From a virus (taxonomy: Duplodnaviria > Caudoviricetes): DNA of 64,000 bases. The translations under genes were made by a program, and so were the position numbers. Numbering within the stretch: position 1 is the stretch's first letter; every line of letters starts with the position of its first letter. Below the pieces are notes generated by a model, which ran no database searches, was not told the DNA's origin, and saw only the letters and a program-made list of their open reading frames with translations. The DNA lies in the IMG/VR virus record IMGVR_UViG_3300021376_000006; one strand, written 5' to 3'. Below, in pieces: positions 28,570 to 37,520 of the stretch.

Positions 28570-29720
28570 TAGTTTTTACGCTTCATAGTTGCAACATTAT
28601 ACACTTCTGTAGCAAAGTATACAACCTTTTCTGCTCGTTGTAACAAAATAGTTTTGTCACCGCCATGCATCATGCCTTGGCCACTAATCAATAACGGTAT
28701 AGGTTCATCCCAAAGTGCAGTAAACTTGTTGAAGTAAACAACTTTTTTGTCAGTGATAAGATCTTTTTGTTTTAAACTTTGTGTCCGATAAATATCATCT
28801 TTATCAAAGCATTTAGCTACAAAATTGTTATACAGTCTTTCGCTCATGTCGGGTTCATAAACATAGATAGGATATCTGCCAACTGTGTCTGCGTACCGGA
28901 CAAGATCTTGAAACACAGTCTCATCACTGGTGGGTGCAAACTTGGTTTCTTGAGTAGTCATAAGATTGGCCACACGTGGTCCGTACTTGGAAACAATGTC
29001 TAAAACAAGCGGCTCATCCACTGTGTAACCGTATACAGCACTACGATCAATCAAATGCTCTAAATTAGTCCAGTCGTTGACAGCTTCAATCAAGGTACGA
29101 GCGGCGTTTGTGATAGTGTAACTTTCTTTAGTGTCCGCGATCAATTTGATTTCATATTGTTGTGATTCACAGTCTTCAACTGCCCGTATGTAACGTTCGA
29201 ATTCTGGTGCAAGTTCAAACTTGTGATTTTGTGCAAAGCCGTTGGCCGCTACCACATTCATTTCAGTCAAAGCCAATGCCCAGCTGCGATTTTGGCTATC
29301 AAATTTCCAACTGCCTTGGCTGACCATGGCCAAGTCTCTCAAGTCATTTATTAGTGTAGTATCGTACGGAAACTTTAACATAATGCTGTTGTTATCGATG
29401 TACAAAAGTCTACGTCGATCAATTTGTCTTATGCCCAATCTAAACGTAGGAGTTTCAACAGGACTAACATCAACCAAATGAGCAGCCAACTGTTTGCGAT
29501 ATTTGAGCACAATCTTGACTGCCAACTCTGCCTGTTTGTCTGTTAAAGCTCGCCCGCTTTGTGTAGCCTGACTCATGCTGTCTAAGATTTTAACATCGTA
29601 TCTGGCAAGGCTAATTATGGGCGGACGGCTATCAAACAAGCCGTACAACTTGCCAGTCACAATATCACGATCACCATTGATAACTTCGATATAATCTTCA
29701 ACTGACGGAAATTTTTTCAT
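28569..29720 (-). CDS. Hypothetical protein (possible HARP-like central domain)
   Basis: Start moved to MKKFPSVED because the longer ORF crosses a terminator and promoter; LKFPYD...WKFD...W motif. Confidence 0.6.
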   Translation of the reverse strand: MKKFPSVEDYIEVINGDRDIVTGKLYGLFDSRPPIISLARYDVKILDSMSQATQSGRALTDKQAELAVKIVLKYRKQLAAHLVDVSPVETPTFRLGIRQIDRRRLLYIDNNSIMLKFPYDTTLINDLRDLAMVSQGSWKFDSQNRSWALALTEMNVVAANGFAQNHKFELAPEFERYIRAVEDCESQQYEIKLIADTKESYTITNAARTLIEAVNDWTNLEHLIDRSAVYGYTVDEPLVLDIVSKYGPRVANLMTTQETKFAPTSDETVFQDLVRYADTVGRYPIYVYEPDMSERLYNNFVAKCFDKDDIYRTQSLKQKDLITDKKVVYFNKFTALWDEPIPLLISGQGMMHGGDKTILLQRAEKVVYFATEVYNVATMKRKN

Positions 29721-29726
29721 AGTGTA

Positions 29727-29755
29727 AGTGTAATACTTATAAATGTAAAAGTCAA
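29727..29755 (-). promoter_or_regulatory. sigma70-type promoter TTGACT-17-TACACT, 6 nt before ATG
   Basis: Read on minus strand. Confidence 0.7.
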
Positions 29756-29777
29756 AAAAACCCCCGCCTAAGCGGGG
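29754..29777 (-). terminator. Rho-independent terminator CCCCGC-TTAG-GCGGGG followed by G and T7
   Basis: GC stem plus U tract downstream of the AAA ATPase. Confidence 0.8.
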
Positions 29778-29824
29778 CAAAGAACCGGAGTAAAAGGAGC
29801 TATCAAAAACCCCGGGCGATCTGC

Positions 29825-30862
29825 TTACGCAGATTTCATACAGGTTGATTGTGCAAGTGCCACCCACTTGGTAGGAAAACTCTTGTACAGCTGACCAATT
29901 TTTATAGCCATACGCAAGCTCATTTCACGTAGACTGTTCTTGTTAACGTTCATAAATTCAATGATCTCGTCCTGTGCAATATCACCAAGTTCAAGATCCG
30001 CAAACAGTTCACCAGAGCGAGCGATTTGGCGGATACGCAAGATCTTGTCGCGCATGGTGTCTAGTGTAAGGTCCAAGTAATGGCAGCGTGATTGCAGTGC
30101 ATCCAAGTGATCACGCAGTTTCTGGCTCTTCATTTTGTCGAACTTGAGGTTAGTAATAAAGATAACCGAACCTTTAAATTCAAAACTGTTAGGAATACCT
30201 TCGTCACGCAAGATACGCGATTCTGCGATCCATGATATCTTACGTTTCTTACCCGAGTCTAGAGCACCTTTAAGCAAGTTAAGGCACACATCATCAAGTA
30301 AAATACTGTCGCAGTCGTCGAACACAACCACGCAGTTTGGATCCGAATACTTGTATAAGGCTTGATACAAGCCGATAGCAGTGGCCGAACCTTTTACTAC
30401 TTCGGCTCTAAGACGACGGCCCGCGATTTGGTCGAACAAGCACGCCTTTTCAATCTCGGCTTCTACGCCATAACTCTTGCCCACACCCGGAGGACCGCTT
30501 ACGATCATAGCACGGATGTCACCGGTAGTAGCAGCCTTAGTCATCTCTGTCAGAATCTCAAAACGCCCGGCAATCTCAGCCATACGCTCTTCATCCGACT
30601 TCGAATCATTCACTACGGCAGCAACATCTGTATCCATTGCCACCACTTGGCCATCAAACTCATCGGAACTCACGAACTCGTAATCACTCATGCTATTAAC
30701 TTTGACACGGATATCTTCTGGGAAGCCAGGGAATTGGCCACCGTTCTTGACTGTGACATAGCCACCTTTGGCACCGGCCTTGTATTGTTCTACAAGTTGG
30801 AACACACGGTTGGATACATCGGTGGTGCGATATGCACCGGATCGAATTCTTACGAAACTCAT
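29825..30862 (-). CDS. AAA+ ATPase with N-terminal beta domain
   Basis: GPPGVGKS Walker A, VVFDDCD Walker B, IFITN sensor, ALQSR arginine finger; start MSFVRI behind AGGAG. Confidence 0.85.
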   Translation of the reverse strand: MSFVRIRSGAYRTTDVSNRVFQLVEQYKAGAKGGYVTVKNGGQFPGFPEDIRVKVNSMSDYEFVSSDEFDGQVVAMDTDVAAVVNDSKSDEERMAEIAGRFEILTEMTKAATTGDIRAMIVSGPPGVGKSYGVEAEIEKACLFDQIAGRRLRAEVVKGSATAIGLYQALYKYSDPNCVVVFDDCDSILLDDVCLNLLKGALDSGKKRKISWIAESRILRDEGIPNSFEFKGSVIFITNLKFDKMKSQKLRDHLDALQSRCHYLDLTLDTMRDKILRIRQIARSGELFADLELGDIAQDEIIEFMNVNKNSLREMSLRMAIKIGQLYKSFPTKWVALAQSTCMKSA

Positions 30863-30903
30863 AACAGCTCCTGTAGTTGATGTTGTATTGTTATTATTCA
30901 AGT

Positions 30904-30932
30904 ATTATACGAAAAAACGGAATTAGTGTCAA
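30904..30932 (-). promoter_or_regulatory. Perfect sigma70 consensus promoter TTGACA-17-TATAAT
   Basis: Read on minus strand. Confidence 0.88.
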
Positions 30933-30948
30933 GCACTAACTTTGCTCC

Positions 30949-31140
30949 TTATTTAAAAATTGCAGCGTTTACACTCTCACGAACACCGGTATTGCCGGCT
31001 TCATGTAAGCCACGCGCAGTTGAAATCATATCCATGATTTCGGTGACTTCGGTTAGAGTCCAGTGTAGTTGTTTTGCAGCAATTACAACACCATCCACTA
31101 CACGATTACCGTTATCGGTACTCATTCCGTAATGTATCAT
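30949..31140 (-). CDS. Small early hypothetical protein
   Basis: AAGGAG SD and own promoter. Confidence 0.65.
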   Translation of the reverse strand: MIHYGMSTDNGNRVVDGVVIAAKQLHWTLTEVTEIMDMISTARGLHEAGNTGVRESVNAAIFK

Positions 31141-31172
31141 TTGGTACGCTCCTTATTAGTTACTATACCAAT

Positions 31173-31201
31173 ATTATAGCAAAATGGTAAATTATGGTCA
31201 A
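31173..31201 (-). promoter_or_regulatory. sigma70-type promoter TTGACC-17-TATAAT with extended -10 TG
   Basis: Read on minus strand. Confidence 0.82.
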
Positions 31202-31263
31202 CGGTTGTTATTTTTGCAACAAAAGTTGGTATCTTTGCAACAGTTGCTATCTTTGTAATGTTG

Positions 31264-31527
31264 CTAATCTTTTAACGCATGCCAAATTTCCGGATTCGCA
31301 CCCAGGTAAATGCGATATAGCAATTTGTTGCGCCATACGCTAAACTCGTTGATCCTGTTCTCAAACCATATCAACAAATCATCCCTAAACCAAAGTGGAT
31401 TTAGTAGAAACATACATAGGATTACAAAAATAGGCGGAAACAGGACGGCTAGTATAGTCCAATGTACCACACGCATACGCCACCAGCGACCGCCTTCGGG
31501 AGTCATTGTCACGGTTTGTTTTTTCAT
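31264..31527 (-). CDS. Small membrane protein
   Basis: WTILAVLFPPIFVILCMFLLNP hydrophobic helix; TATAAT 6 nt upstream of ATG. Confidence 0.6.
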   Translation of the reverse strand: MKKQTVTMTPEGGRWWRMRVVHWTILAVLFPPIFVILCMFLLNPLWFRDDLLIWFENRINEFSVWRNKLLYRIYLGANPEIWHALKD

Positions 31528-31553
31528 ACTGTTATTATACACTAACAAATCAA

Positions 31554-32729
31554 TTAGAACAATGCTTGATAACGCCAGAAATCGCTGGCTGCTGCAACAC
31601 CACTGCCTGGTTCAACTTTTATGCCTGTATCCAACATGGCCATTTCGGCTCCGGCAATTGCTGCCATAAGATGCACTTCATTCATATCACCCAGGTGACC
31701 AATACGGAATAACTTGCCTGCCATTCGGCTTAAGCCAGCACCCAAGCTCAAGTTATATCTCTTGTATGCTCGTGCAATTACATCAGCACCATTGATGCCA
31801 TTGGGCACCATGATGGCACTTACTGTATCCGAATACCATTTTGGCTCTTGAGCACATAGTTCTAGGCCCCAACCTTCTTGTACTGCTGCTCTTACACCTG
31901 CGGCCAGATAGTGATGTCGGCGTATGATGTTGTCGAGGCCTTCTTCGTTAATCATTTTTAACGATTCAATTAAGCCATATAACAAACTTAGTGCTGGTGT
32001 GTATGGATAGTAGCCTGTGCTAGTACTTTTAAGCATGTCATCTAAATCAAAGTATGCTCGTTTTAGTTTGGCTGTATGACGCTGCTCCAGTGCCTTTGGA
32101 CTAGCACATAGTATACCCAGACCAGCTGGTAGCATCAGACCTTTCTGTGAACCTGATACAGCCATGTCTACTCCCCAGTCGTCAAATCTCAAATCAATTG
32201 AGGCAAGACTAGATACACAATCTACAAATAGTAATGCCGGATGATTAGCGTTGTCCAATACTCTACGAACTCCTTCAATATCAGAAGTCACTCCGGTCGC
32301 TGTTTCATTATGGCAAGCCAATACCGCTTTGATTGAATGATTGGTGTCTGTTTCTAATCTATCAAGATATAGATCCAATGGAACGCCGGTGCCCCACTCA
32401 CAATCTATAACTTCTACATCTAAACCTAATTTGACGCACATTTCAATCCATAAGTGACTGAACTGTCCAAACCTTGCAGCAAGAACATGGTCTCCGGGTG
32501 ATAGTGTATTGGTGAGTGCTGCTTCCCAACAGCCGGTGCCCGAACTGGGAAACACAAAAGGTGTTCCTGCGTCAGTGCGGAACACCCGTTTTAGTCCTTG
32601 GGTAATTTGATCGGTAATCGCGGGGAAGTCTGGTGATCTATGGTCTTCCATACTTGCAACCATAGCTCTCAATACACGATCTGGTATATTGGTAGGTCCA
32701 GGCACAAATAAAAAATTCCGTCCAGCCAT
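31554..32729 (-). CDS. sgaA: Serine/alanine-glyoxylate aminotransferase (class V PLP)
   Basis: FLFVPGPTN, SSGTGCWEAA, HNETATGV, DCVSSL, GSQKGLMLP PLP lysine, FRIGHLG. Confidence 0.92.
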   Translation of the reverse strand: MAGRNFLFVPGPTNIPDRVLRAMVASMEDHRSPDFPAITDQITQGLKRVFRTDAGTPFVFPSSGTGCWEAALTNTLSPGDHVLAARFGQFSHLWIEMCVKLGLDVEVIDCEWGTGVPLDLYLDRLETDTNHSIKAVLACHNETATGVTSDIEGVRRVLDNANHPALLFVDCVSSLASIDLRFDDWGVDMAVSGSQKGLMLPAGLGILCASPKALEQRHTAKLKRAYFDLDDMLKSTSTGYYPYTPALSLLYGLIESLKMINEEGLDNIIRRHHYLAAGVRAAVQEGWGLELCAQEPKWYSDTVSAIMVPNGINGADVIARAYKRYNLSLGAGLSRMAGKLFRIGHLGDMNEVHLMAAIAGAEMAMLDTGIKVEPGSGVAAASDFWRYQALF

Positions 32730-32770
32730 GTTGCCTCCTGTAATGGTCTGGACCGAATCCAGATCATGAT

Positions 32771-32799
32771 AGTATATATTGTATAGTCAAGCTTGTCAA
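32771..32799 (-). promoter_or_regulatory. sigma70-type promoter TTGACA-17-TATACT; 5' leader hairpin TCTGGA-TTCGG-TCCAGA at 32747-32763
   Basis: Read on minus strand upstream of sgaA with AGGAGG SD. Confidence 0.82.
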
Positions 32800-32803
32800 T
32801 TTT

Positions 32804-33022
32804 TTATTTTAAAACTTTTCGAGTAAACCGCCAAATTGGACCAATTTCAGGATGATTACGATCACCGCCTACAGCTAGTTGTGCATCTAACGGAGCACCA
32901 TAACTGTAATAATTTACATAATCGGCAATTTTTCTGTTACGAGTTCTAATCAAACAAAGTCCCGCATCGTTGGTAACCATGAAGTGGGATATTCCGTCGT
33001 CATCTCGGTCAATGAAGAGCAT
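32804..33022 (-). CDS. Small hypothetical protein
   Basis: ORF overlapping the GGCT 3' end; exact start uncertain. Confidence 0.45.
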   Translation of the reverse strand: MLFIDRDDDGISHFMVTNDAGLCLIRTRNRKIADYVNYYSYGAPLDAQLAVGGDRNHPEIGPIWRFTRKVLK

Positions 33023-33426
33023 ACCATATTTATTGCCTGGTCAATTTGATCAACAGGCACACCATTTTGTTCGTAACCTTCGCGTACCATTTCTAAATAG
33101 CCCACACCAGGTTGTTGTAAGTAGGTTTGATCCGTCATTTGATAAGTTATTGCAAAGACAAAACTTTTGCCGGTGTTGACTTTTACAAGAAATCTAGTGT
33201 AATAATATGGATACCCTTCGAGGGTATCAAGAGCTTGTAAATCTTGCATGGATATATCCCAAAGCACCCCATGGCAGATATTGCCCGGTGATCGGGCAAT
33301 ATCTGCATGAGTACGAAATACCAATTCATGATCGTCAATCCAAGCAGGTCCAACACATTCGGCCGTTGGACAGCGTCGATTCATTTCATCCTTATTGGTA
33401 TTCATCCCATAAGCAAAGTATTTCAT
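32950..33426 (-). CDS. Gamma-glutamylcyclotransferase (AIG2-like) family protein
   Basis: YFAYGMN, ADI, GVLWDI, LDTLEG..YY, AITY; start MKYFAYG with ATGA overlap. Confidence 0.85.
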   Translation of the reverse strand: MKYFAYGMNTNKDEMNRRCPTAECVGPAWIDDHELVFRTHADIARSPGNICHGVLWDISMQDLQALDTLEGYPYYYTRFLVKVNTGKSFVFAITYQMTDQTYLQQPGVGYLEMVREGYEQNGVPVDQIDQAINMVCSSLTEMTTEYPTSWLPTMRDFV

Positions 33427-33989
33427 ACTGGTATTCCAAAATGTTGATAATGTTTTTCCAGAGTCCACGCATGTAAATCATTTATTGATTGTCCATTATA
33501 GGTTTCAATTTCTGTAGTAAACACTTGAGTGTATCTATCAAAAAAATGATACACACTGGGTGTTTTACTAGCCCAGCCTGCTTTTTTTAAAGCCACATGA
33601 TTTACTTTTTTAATCAGACAGGTCGGCGGATTCATTGCTTGAATAACAGTGAGCACGCCTTGAATCAGCATATCGCGAATTACTTTTTGTGGTATCACGT
33701 GCTCAAAGTCGTAGTCCTTTTTTTGTAAACCTTTTTCTCGATAGTGAGCTTTTATGTTACCGGCAATATTATAATCATGCGATCGCCTCAACGCATCATC
33801 AATTCGATCTCGAACCAGTCTGGCTGTTTGATTCATTTCTGTCAACCCGCTATACTCTTTGAGTAAACGAGTCAGTTCACGACTTATTGACTCCGTGGTT
33901 TGATCATAAGCACCTTGATCTCTTTTGACCTTGCGATATTCTACGGGTTGGTAAGATTCAACCAGTGACTGAAATTTGGATTTAGCCAT
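33423..33989 (-). CDS. His-Me finger (HNH-like) nuclease candidate
   Basis: FEHVIPQ followed by PTCLIKKVNH, like EHIxP of DUF1524/GmrSD C-terminal domains. Confidence 0.5.
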   Translation of the reverse strand: MAKSKFQSLVESYQPVEYRKVKRDQGAYDQTTESISRELTRLLKEYSGLTEMNQTARLVRDRIDDALRRSHDYNIAGNIKAHYREKGLQKKDYDFEHVIPQKVIRDMLIQGVLTVIQAMNPPTCLIKKVNHVALKKAGWASKTPSVYHFFDRYTQVFTTEIETYNGQSINDLHAWTLEKHYQHFGIPV

Positions 33990-33990
33990 A

Positions 33991-35154
33991 TTATGCCTTC
34001 ATCTCCATAAACTTTTTGCCTTCGATTGTTGTGCCGTTTTGTATTGCAAAAAAAGTCTTGTCGGCGCCCGTTAATTTAAAACAGTCTATGGACACTTGTG
34101 GGATAAGATTTGGTTCGCACCAGGTCTTACCCAGTACACCGATGTCTAAGTTTTCACTAGGTATTGCTAATTTACCACCGTTAATAAGGTACACTTCTCG
34201 CATAAACTTAAACATTCCTTGCGGGGCAGACCAAGCACTGCCAACAAAAAAGTCCCATTGACGCTTGGCAGCGGTATGGCAGTCGTGACTAGACGAAAAA
34301 CTTACTGCACAAGTTTCAGTGATATCCTGCATCCAATTCTTTGGCATCTTTTTGTTTAAACTTTTAACAATACTGTTCATATAATAGAGTCCAATAAACA
34401 CGCCCTGATCAATTTCTTGATCAGCTGGCCAAGCAATTGTGATTGCGTCAAGAATTTGTCGAGTAGTAGCAGCCGTTTTATCAACGCTGGCAGATTTGTA
34501 GGCATAGTCAAAATGACTAAACCAATAATCGTTGATGTTTCTGGCTTTGGTTGATTCAATTAATTGTACACGGGCATTATCAAATGCATCTTGTAGATTT
34601 CGAGCCAGTTCAGTTTCCTGCGTGCTCAAACCCAGCTTGTGTTGATACAACCAGTTTTGGTGCAGGTCTGGTTTTCCAACTTTCTTGATACCACTGTGGT
34701 TGTTGATGATAAACGCAACTGAAGGAAACGCAAGATCTTCGGTATCGTTAATAATAACCGGAACTTTAGTGTAGCCTAGTAGGCTTAACAAAACGCAACG
34801 GTGCTGACCATTATATGCAAACAACTTGTCTTGACGCCAAGGTTCTTTTGTTAGGGCCTTGCCTATAAAGTTGGCGGTAGCAGCAGGTTCAATAATTCTA
34901 ATATCAAATTTTTTAATGATGTCAATCAAGTGCTTGATAATAACGTTGCGTTGAACTTCATAGTCCAACCAAACGTTATTAACATCTTCATAATGCATGC
35001 CTCGTGCAAAATTCAAATTTAGAGCAGTCATTCTTGCTCTAATTTGCTGCATCATTGAATTAAATTGCTTGTCTGAAAGTTTGAGGGCCGCTTTGATGTC
35101 ACGACGAGCGTCGTTAACAACATCAATCAGTGGCCGCGATACCCGGGCTGACAT
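33991..35154 (-). CDS. ParB/Srx-fold (DGQHR/DUF6551-like) protein
   Basis: DYEVQR, YNGQHR, AFIINN motifs in DUF262/DndB-like order. Confidence 0.7.
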   Translation of the reverse strand: MSARVSRPLIDVVNDARRDIKAALKLSDKQFNSMMQQIRARMTALNLNFARGMHYEDVNNVWLDYEVQRNVIIKHLIDIIKKFDIRIIEPAATANFIGKALTKEPWRQDKLFAYNGQHRCVLLSLLGYTKVPVIINDTEDLAFPSVAFIINNHSGIKKVGKPDLHQNWLYQHKLGLSTQETELARNLQDAFDNARVQLIESTKARNINDYWFSHFDYAYKSASVDKTAATTRQILDAITIAWPADQEIDQGVFIGLYYMNSIVKSLNKKMPKNWMQDITETCAVSFSSSHDCHTAAKRQWDFFVGSAWSAPQGMFKFMREVYLINGGKLAIPSENLDIGVLGKTWCEPNLIPQVSIDCFKLTGADKTFFAIQNGTTIEGKKFMEMKA

Positions 35155-35205
35155 GATGGTAATTCTCCAATTGTAAATAGTAACTGGAATTAGTTACTGA
35201 ATCTT

Positions 35206-35234
35206 AGTATATGCAAAATATAGTTATGTGTCAA
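35206..35234 (-). promoter_or_regulatory. sigma70-type promoter TTGACA-17-TATACT with extended TG
   Basis: Read on minus strand upstream of the ParB-like gene. Confidence 0.82.
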
Positions 35235-36025
35235 CCCGTGTATTTGCCAAAAGTTTGTTGCAATTTTGTTAAGTCTGCACAGGTATACTTTTGATAGCTA
35301 TGCGCTAGATGTTCAGGAAAAGGTATTATCTGAATCAGTGCTCCATATTGATTGGCTTTGTCTCGCGCAATGTCGGCGAATGATTGTGCTTGTCCTGTAC
35401 CAATGTTCCATACACCGTTTTCATCAATTTTGCGCCGGACAAATTCGTATTGAACATCTAACAAACGCTCAACAGGAACAAAGTCTCTTTGAAAATGGTC
35501 GCTGCCTTCGAATATTTTTATAATACCAGTGGATTGAGCTTGTACAGCAAACTGATAGTGCGGGCTGGCTTGATTACCTTTATGGGTTTCGTTCGCACCA
35601 TATACATTAAAGTATCTAAATCCCTGGCACCGAACATGCGTCGGATGGTGTTCGATGTAGTGTTCGAATAGATATTTACTCCATGCGTATGGACTTCTAG
35701 GATCAACTGGTGCGGTCTCTGTAAAGTCTCGGCCCATGCCATACACGCTAGCCGAGCTGCTCCATTGAAGATTGACATCATGTCGTCTGCACTCCTCATA
35801 TAGCCAAACGCTAAAGTCATAATTCTGACGCATCACTTTGTCAACATCACGCTCAGTGGTACTGCTTATGGCTCCAAAATGAAAAACCCAATCCAGGCCT
35901 TCGATACGCGGTAATAGATTTTCGTCCCATTCGTATGTGACAATTTCATGGCCGCCAATTTTATGCCAACGACTTACAGCGTGGCTACCAATAAAGCCTC
36001 TACTTCCGGTTATTAATATTTTCAA
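35231..36025 (-). CDS. hldD: ADP-L-glycero-D-manno-heptose 6-epimerase-like
   Basis: TGSRGFIG, GAISSTTERD, SSASVYG, YAWSK, FRYFNVYG.NE.HKG, RDFV. Confidence 0.85.
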   Translation of the reverse strand: MKILITGSRGFIGSHAVSRWHKIGGHEIVTYEWDENLLPRIEGLDWVFHFGAISSTTERDVDKVMRQNYDFSVWLYEECRRHDVNLQWSSSASVYGMGRDFTETAPVDPRSPYAWSKYLFEHYIEHHPTHVRCQGFRYFNVYGANETHKGNQASPHYQFAVQAQSTGIIKIFEGSDHFQRDFVPVERLLDVQYEFVRRKIDENGVWNIGTGQAQSFADIARDKANQYGALIQIIPFPEHLAHSYQKYTCADLTKLQQTFGKYTG

Positions 36026-36419
36026 TTATTTTACTCGTTGAATAATTGGGTACTAGATCGTAATATTTAATACTGTCGCAGTATTCAGCACCGGTAATTT
36101 TTTTACCACGATAGTCTGAACCTTTGACCATTAAACTAGGTTTATACAATTTACAAATATGTGCCAGTTCTTCCTGTGTATCAAAAATCCACACAGCATC
36201 TACACATTTAAGATTGTCCAATGCAAACTTGCGGTCTTCCTGTTTATTAACAGGACGCTGTTCACCTTTTAACTCTCTCACCTCACGATCTGAATCTATT
36301 GCAACCAACAAATAGGTTCCTTGACTTTTTGCAAAGTTGAGCATTTCAATGTGCCCACGATGCAGGATGTCAAAGGTCCCGTTAACTATTACTCTTCTGG
36401 CTATCCCCGGGCTGTACAC
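36000..36419 (-). CDS. rfaE2: Heptose-1-phosphate adenylyltransferase (RfaE/HldE domain II)
   Basis: NGTFDILHRGH, AIDSD.EVRELKG..RP, VKGSDY, YSTSKII. Confidence 0.85.
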   Translation of the reverse strand: MYSPGIARRVIVNGTFDILHRGHIEMLNFAKSQGTYLLVAIDSDREVRELKGEQRPVNKQEDRKFALDNLKCVDAVWIFDTQEELAHICKLYKPSLMVKGSDYRGKKITGAEYCDSIKYYDLVPNYSTSKIIENINNRK

Positions 36420-36750
36420 GATAATTGTCCTCTACGGAATCTGGTGTGGAAACTTCTACTACTGTGCCTTGTTCTAGGCAAATTAATTGATGTGGCATAC
36501 AAGGTGGATTGTGCCAAGTATCGCCCACATTCAATTCTTGTTCAATCTGTGCAGCAGTATTTGTATCAATATATTTTACAATGAATTTTCCAGATTGTAT
36601 GTACCAAGTTTCTTCTTTTTCTCTATGGAAGTGCATACTAAATCTGGCACCGATATTGAAGTGCATCATCTTACCACAGTATCTATCGTTGGTGGCCCAG
36701 ATTTCTTCAAACCCCCAACCTTTTTCAACTCTTCCTGATAATCTTGTCAT
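36382..36750 (-). CDS. Cupin sugar isomerase-like protein
   Basis: VEKGWG.E, SMHFH.EK.ETWY, HQL, EVSTPD. Confidence 0.75.
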   Translation of the reverse strand: MTRLSGRVEKGWGFEEIWATNDRYCGKMMHFNIGARFSMHFHREKEETWYIQSGKFIVKYIDTNTAAQIEQELNVGDTWHNPPCMPHQLICLEQGTVVEVSTPDSVEDNYRVQPGDSQKSNS

Positions 36751-37520
36751 GCTTGCTCAATCTCCGCTAAGGTGGGACTGTATACTCCGATGTGCTGAAC
36801 AGTGACACTGGCTGCACGAGCTGCAAATTTGATTGCCACGGCGATGTCATTTGATAAAACGTAGTTGTATGCGAGAGCAGACAAAAATGTATCGCCTGCC
36901 CCGCATACATCAAACGCCTCTACTTGTGGAGTAGAAAACCGATGTTCTTTATACTTTACGCCATCTCTACCAAGGGTAACAATAAGATCGGCAGGATATG
37001 TTCGAGCCGCTTCATATTCCACTTGATTAATTTTAACGAAACAACCTTGGAAGCGGGCCAGGTCGCTTTTCTTCGTATCAACAAATATTGGACCCAAATA
37101 ACGCCGGCGAAGCTCTTCGACGGTTTCATACTCTACTGATCCTTTGTTATAATCACTTACTATAATACAATTATACTGGTCTAAGTTGTTGTAGTCAATT
37201 TTTACGGCACGACTAGGTGAATCTTGATCTATTCTAACTAGATGTTGCTTGGTCCTTGAATCAATTACTCGAGTCTTTATACATGTTTTTATGCCGTGTA
37301 CAAAAGTTACTTCGCATCCTAGTCGTTGTAAATTCTCTTTTACATTAGCGGCCATGCCAGGTCTAATTTCTGTATGTGTGTAGTTGACTACCGGCACAGG
37401 AGCCTCAGGACTAATTCTTGTAACTGTACCATATTGATATTGATCAATACCGTTGTCACCTACAAGTAATATTCGTACCTTAGAAGTATTGGCAGTTTGA
37501 TCTTGGAAAATAACACTCAT
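36747..37520 (-). CDS. rfaE1: Heptose-7-phosphate kinase (RfaE/HldE domain I, PfkB family)
   Basis: GTVTRISPEAPVPV, GMAANV, SDYNKG, KINQ.E, DVCGAGDTF. Confidence 0.88.
   Translation of the reverse strand: MSVIFQDQTANTSKVRILLVGDNGIDQYQYGTVTRISPEAPVPVVNYTHTEIRPGMAANVKENLQRLGCEVTFVHGIKTCIKTRVIDSRTKQHLVRIDQDSPSRAVKIDYNNLDQYNCIIVSDYNKGSVEYETVEELRRRYLGPIFVDTKKSDLARFQGCFVKINQVEYEAARTYPADLIVTLGRDGVKYKEHRFSTPQVEAFDVCGAGDTFLSALAYNYVLSNDIAVAIKFAARAASVTVQHIGVYSPTLAEIEQA

Noticed and set aside
29721-29867. Extended N-terminus of the 28569 ORF
   Set aside because: The extension crosses a terminator and a sigma70 promoter; the real start is more likely 29720.
31554-32729. Class V PLP enzyme as the missing IscS cysteine desulfurase
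   Set aside because: Motifs match serine/alanine-glyoxylate aminotransferase (VPGPTN, GSQKG, FRIGH); no catalytic Cys loop like SACxS or GHHC; far from iscU.
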